From positions 423,212,001-423,276,000 of the forward strand of contig OZ024740.1 of the NCBI GenBank assembly GCA_964016885.1: a DNA stretch of 64,000 nt, read 5' to 3'. Shown here piece after piece: positions 59,601 to 64,000 of this stretch (the stretch's first letter is position 1; each line of letters starts with the position of its first letter). The stretch is from Eledone cirrhosa. Taxonomy: Eukaryota. Position numbers and translations under genes: made by a program. A model generated the notes under the pieces. The model was given only the letters and a program-made list of their open reading frames with translations. It had not been told where the DNA came from and searched no databases.

Positions 59601-62600
59601 GTGGGGGAAGTTTCCAGTGGTAATGTAGAAGATATGTCTTACCATAAAGTGGACGAAGTTTCTAGTGTTATGTAGAAGATGTGTCTTACCATAAAGTGGG
59701 GGAAGTTTCTAGTGGTTATGTAGAAGATATGTCTTACCATAAAGTGGACGAAGTTTCTAGTGTTATGTAGAAGATGTGTCTTACCATAAAGTGGGGGAAG
59801 TTTCTAGTGGTTATGTAGAAGATGTGTCTTACCATAAAGTGGACGAAGTTTCTAGTGGTTATGTAGAAGATGTGTCTTACCATAAGGTGGGGGAAGTTTC
59901 TAGTGGTTATGTAGATGTTTCTTACCATAAAGTGGGGGAAGTTTCTAATAGTTATGTAGAAGATGTGTCTTACCCTAAAGTGGGGGAAGTTTCTAGTGGT
60001 TATGGAGATGTTTCTCACCATAAAGTGGGGGAAGTTTCTCGTGGTTATGTAGAAGATGTGTCTTACCATAAAGCGGGGGAAGTTTCTAGTGGTTATGTAG
60101 AAGATGTGTCTTACCATGAAGTGGGGGATATTTCCAGTGGTTATGTAGATGTTTCTTACCATAAAGTGGAGGAAGTTTCCAGTGGTTATGTAGAAGATGT
60201 GTCTTACCATGAAGTGGGGGATATTTCCAGTGGTTATGTAGATGTTTCTTACCATAAAGCGGGGGAAGTTTCCAGTGGTTATGTAGAAGATGTTTCTTAC
60301 CATAAAGTGGTGGAAATTTCTAGTGGTTATGTAGAAGATGTGTTTACAATAAAGTGGAGGAAGTTTCCAGTGGTTATGTAGAAGATGTCTCTTACCATAA
60401 AGTGGAGGAAGTTTCTAGTGGTTATGTAGAAGATGTGTCTTACCATAAAGTGGGGGAAGTTTCTAGTGGTTATGTAGATGTTTCTTACCATAAACTGGGG
60501 GAAGTTTCCGGTGCTTATGTAGAAGATGTGTCTTACCATAAAGTGGAGGAAGTTTCTAGTGGTTATGTAGAAGATGTGTCTTACCATAAAGTGGAGGAAG
60601 TTCCCAGTGGTTATGTAGAAGATGTGTTTACCATTAAGTTGGGGAAGTTTCAATTGGTTATGTAGAAGATGTGTCTTACCATAAAGTGGACGAAGTTTCT
60701 AGTGGTTATGTAGAAGATGTGTCTTACCCTAAAGTGGGGGAAGTTTCTAGTGGTTATGGAGATGTTTCTTACCATAAAGTGGGGGAAGTTTCTCGTGGTT
60801 ATGTAGAAGATGTGTCTTACCATAAAGCGGGGGAAGTTTCTAGTGGTTATGTAGAAGATGTGTCTTACCATGAAGTGGGGGATATTTCCAGTTGTTATGT
60901 AGATGTTTCTTACCATAAAGTGGAGGAAGTTTACAGTGGTTATGTAGAAGATGTGTTTACCATAAAGTGAAGGAAGTTTCCAGTGGTTATGTAGAAGATG
61001 TTTCTTACCATAAAGTGGGGGAAATTTCTAGTGGTTATGTAGAAGATGTGTCTTACCATGAAGTGGGGGATATTTCCAGTTGTTATGTAGATGTTTCTTA
61101 CCATAAAGTGGAGGAAGTTTCCAGTGGTTATGTAGATGTGTCTTACCATAAAGTGGAGGAAGTTTCTAGTGGTTATGTAGATGTTTCTTACCATAAAGTG
61201 GAGGAAGTTTCCAGTGGTTATGTAGAAGATGTGTTTACCATGAAGTGGGGGAAGTTTCTAGTGCTTATGTAGATGTTTCTTACCATAAAGCGGGGGGAAG
61301 TTTCCAATGGTTATGTAGAAGATGTTTCTTTACCATAAAGTGGAGGAAGTTTCCTGTGGTTATGTAGAAGATGTGTCTTACCATAAAGCAGGGGATGTTT
61401 CTAGTGGTTATGTAGAAGACGTTTCTTACCATAAAGTGGGGGAAATTTCTAGTGGTTATGTAGAAGATGTGTTTCACCATAAAGTAGGGGAAGTTTCTAG
61501 TAGTTATGTAGAAGATGTGTCTTACCATAAAGTGGAGGAAGTTTCTAGTGGTTATGTAGAAGATGTTTCTTACCATAAGGTGGGGGAAGTTTCTAGTGGT
61601 TATGTAGATGTTTCTTACCATAAAATGGGGGAAGTTTCTAATGGTTATGTAGAAGATGTGTCTTACCCTAAAGTGGGGGAAGTTTCTAGTGGTTATGGAG
61701 ATGTTTCTCACCATAAAGTGGGGGAAGTTTCTCGTGGTTATGTAGAAGATGTGTCTTACCATGAAGTGGGGGATATTTCCAGTGGTTATGTAGATGTTTC
61801 TTACCATAAAGTGGAGGAAGTTTACAGTGGTTATGTAGAAGATGTGTTTACCATAAAGTGGAGGAAGTTTCCAGTGGTTATGTAGAAGATGTGTCTTACC
61901 ATGAAGTGGGGGATATTTCCAGTGGTTATGTAGATGTTTCTTACCATAAAGTGGAGGAAGTTTACAGTGGTTATGTAGAAGATGTGTCTTACCATAAAGT
62001 GGAGGAAGTTTCTAGTGGTTATGTAGAAGATGTGTCTTACCATAAAGTGGGGGAAGTTTCTAGTGGTTATGTAGATGTTTCTTACCATAAACTGGGGGAA
62101 GTTTCCGGTGCTTATGTAGAAGATGTGTCTTACCATAAAGTGGAGGAAGTTTCTAGTGGTTATGTAGAAGATGTGTCTTACCATAAAGTGGAGGAAGTTT
62201 CCAGTGGTTATGTAGAAGATGTGTCTTACCATAAAGTGGAGGAAGTTTCCAGTGGTTATGTAGAAGATGTGTTTACCATTAAGTTGGGGAAGTTTCTAGT
62301 GGTTATGTAGATGTGTCTTACCATAAAATGTGGGAAGTATCTAGTGGTTATGTAGAAGATGTGTCTTACCATAAAGTGGACGAAGTTTCTAGTGGTTATG
62401 TAGAAGATGTGTCTTACCATAAACTGGGGGAAGTTTCTAGTGGTTATGTAGATGTTTCTTACCATAAAGTGGGGGAAGTTTCTAATGGTTATGTAGAAGA
62501 TGTGTCTAACCATAAAGTCGGGGAAGTTTCTAGTGGTTATGTAGATGTTTCTTACCATAAAGTGGGGGAAGTTTCTAATGGTTATGTAGAAGATGTGTCT

Positions 62601-64000
62601 TACCCTAAAGTGGGGGAAGTTTCTAGTGGTTATGTAGAAGATGTGTCATACCATAAAGCGGGGGAAGTTTCTAGTGATTATGTAGAAGATGTGTCTTACC
62701 ATAAAGTGGACGAAGTTTCTAGTGGTTATGTAGAAGATGTGTCTTACCATAAAGTGGGGGAAGTTTCTAGTGGTTATGTAGATGTTTCTTACCATAAAGT
62801 GGGGGAAGTTTCTAATGGTTATGTAGAAGATGTGTCTTACCCTAAAGTGGGGGAAGTTTCTAGTGGTTATGGAGACGTTTCTTACCATAAAGTGGGGGAA
62901 GTTTCTCGTGGTTCTGTAGAAGATGAGTCTTACCATAAAGCGGGGGAAGTTTCTAGTGGTTATGTAGAAGATGTGTCTTACCATGAAGTGGGGGATATTT
63001 CCAGTGGTTATGTAGAAGATGTTTCTTACCATAAAGTGGGGGAAATTTCCAGTGGTTATGTAGATGTTTCTTACCATAAAGTGGGGGAAGTTTCCAGTGG
63101 TTATGTAGATGTTTCTTACCATAAAGTGGAGGAAGTTTCCAGTGGTTATGTAGAAGATGTTTCTTACCATAAAGTGGGGGAAATTTCTAGTGGTTATGTA
63201 GATGTGTCTTACCATAAAGTGGGGGAAGTTTCCAGTGGTTATGTAGAAGATGTGTCTTACCATAAATTGGGGGAAGTTTCCAGTGGTTATGTAGAAGATG
63301 TGTCTTACCATAAAGTAGGGAAAGTTTCTAGTGGTTATGTAGAAGATGTGTCTTACCATAAAGTGGGGGAAATTTCCAGTGGTTATGTAGAAGATGTTTC
63401 TTACGATAAAGTGGAGGAAGTTTCCAATGGTTATGTAGAAGATGTGTCTTACCATAAAGTGGGGGAAGTTTCTAGTGGTTATGTAGAAGATGTGTCTTAC
63501 CATAAAGTGGAGGAAGTTTCTAGTGGTTATGTAGAAGATGTGTCTTACCATAAAGTGGAGGATGTTTCTAGTGGTTATGTAGATGTTTCTTACCATAAAG
63601 TGGGGGAAGTTTCTAATGGTTATGTAGAAGATGTGTCTTACCCTAAAGTGGGGGAAGTTTCCAGTGGTTAAGTAGAAGATGTGTCTTACCATAAAATGGG
63701 GAAAGTTTCTAGTGTTTATGTAGATGTTTCTTACCATAAAGTGGGGGAAGTTTCCCGTGATTATGTAGGAGATGTGTCTTACCATAAAGTGGAGGAAGTT
63801 TCTAGTGGTTATGAAGATGTGTTATACCATAACGTGGTGGAAGTTTCTAGTGGTTATGTAGAAGATGTGATTTACCATAAAGTGGAGGAAGTTTCTAGTG
63901 GTTATGTAGATGTTTCTTACCATAAATTCGGGGAAATTTCTAGTAGTTATGTAGATGTGTCTTACCATAAAGTGGGGGAAGTTTCTAGCGGGTATGTAGA
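44612..64000. repeat. 45/48-bp minisatellite array, consensus CTTACCATAAAGTGG(G/A)GGAAGTTTC(T/C)AGTGGTTATGTAGA[AGA]TGTGT, about 410 units, open at the right edge
   Basis: The tandem unit is directly visible. The 3-nt AGA indel gives the 45- and 48-bp classes. Recurrent 2-nt deletions (GTGTTTACC) are also present. Confidence 0.98.

Noticed and set aside
44599-63785. Repetitive protein (YHKVGEVSSGYVEDVS)n starting at ATG 44599, or its antisense (MVRHIFYITTRNFPHF)n
   Set aside because: The main indel is in frame, but 2-nt deletions and stop variants are frequent and are copied along the array, and both strands are equally open. There is no sign of purifying selection on a long ORF.
44612-64000. 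CRISPR-like array
   Set aside because: The units are contiguous with no unique spacers, there are no cas genes, and the context is eukaryotic.
44612-64000. Common origin of the 48-bp and 24-bp units (2x24)
   Set aside because: I see no convincing sequence similarity between the two consensus units on either strand, so the length ratio is probably coincidence.

Overview
This is a repeat-dominated animal genomic window with no intact host gene. The (CATA)n/(GAT)n microsatellites, SINEs and RTE LINEs suggest an octopod cephalopod, but that is inference. It has three parts: a 24-bp minisatellite array of at least 31.6 kb with multi-kb internal duplications (1-31612), a roughly 13-kb island of nested mobile elements (31.6-44.6 kb), and a 45/48-bp minisatellite array of at least 19.4 kb running off the right edge. 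The island contains several RTE-clade LINEs, two tRNA-headed SINEs, two Tc1/mariner-type MITEs, a 5'-truncated Tx1/L1-like LINE with a 20-bp TSD, and two tandem minimal hammerhead ribozymes. Nearly all long ORFs in the track are artefacts of stop-free repeat units. The most interesting signals are: (1) a covarying stem joining the 5'UTR end to the 3'UTR in two related RTE elements; (2) a retrozyme/Penelope-like hammerhead pair; (3) a PHD finger inside an RTE reverse transcriptase and three C2H2 fingers at the end of another RTE; (4) a satellite whose unit looks like an amplified exon end plus 5' splice site. Family names come from motif recognition, not database searches.
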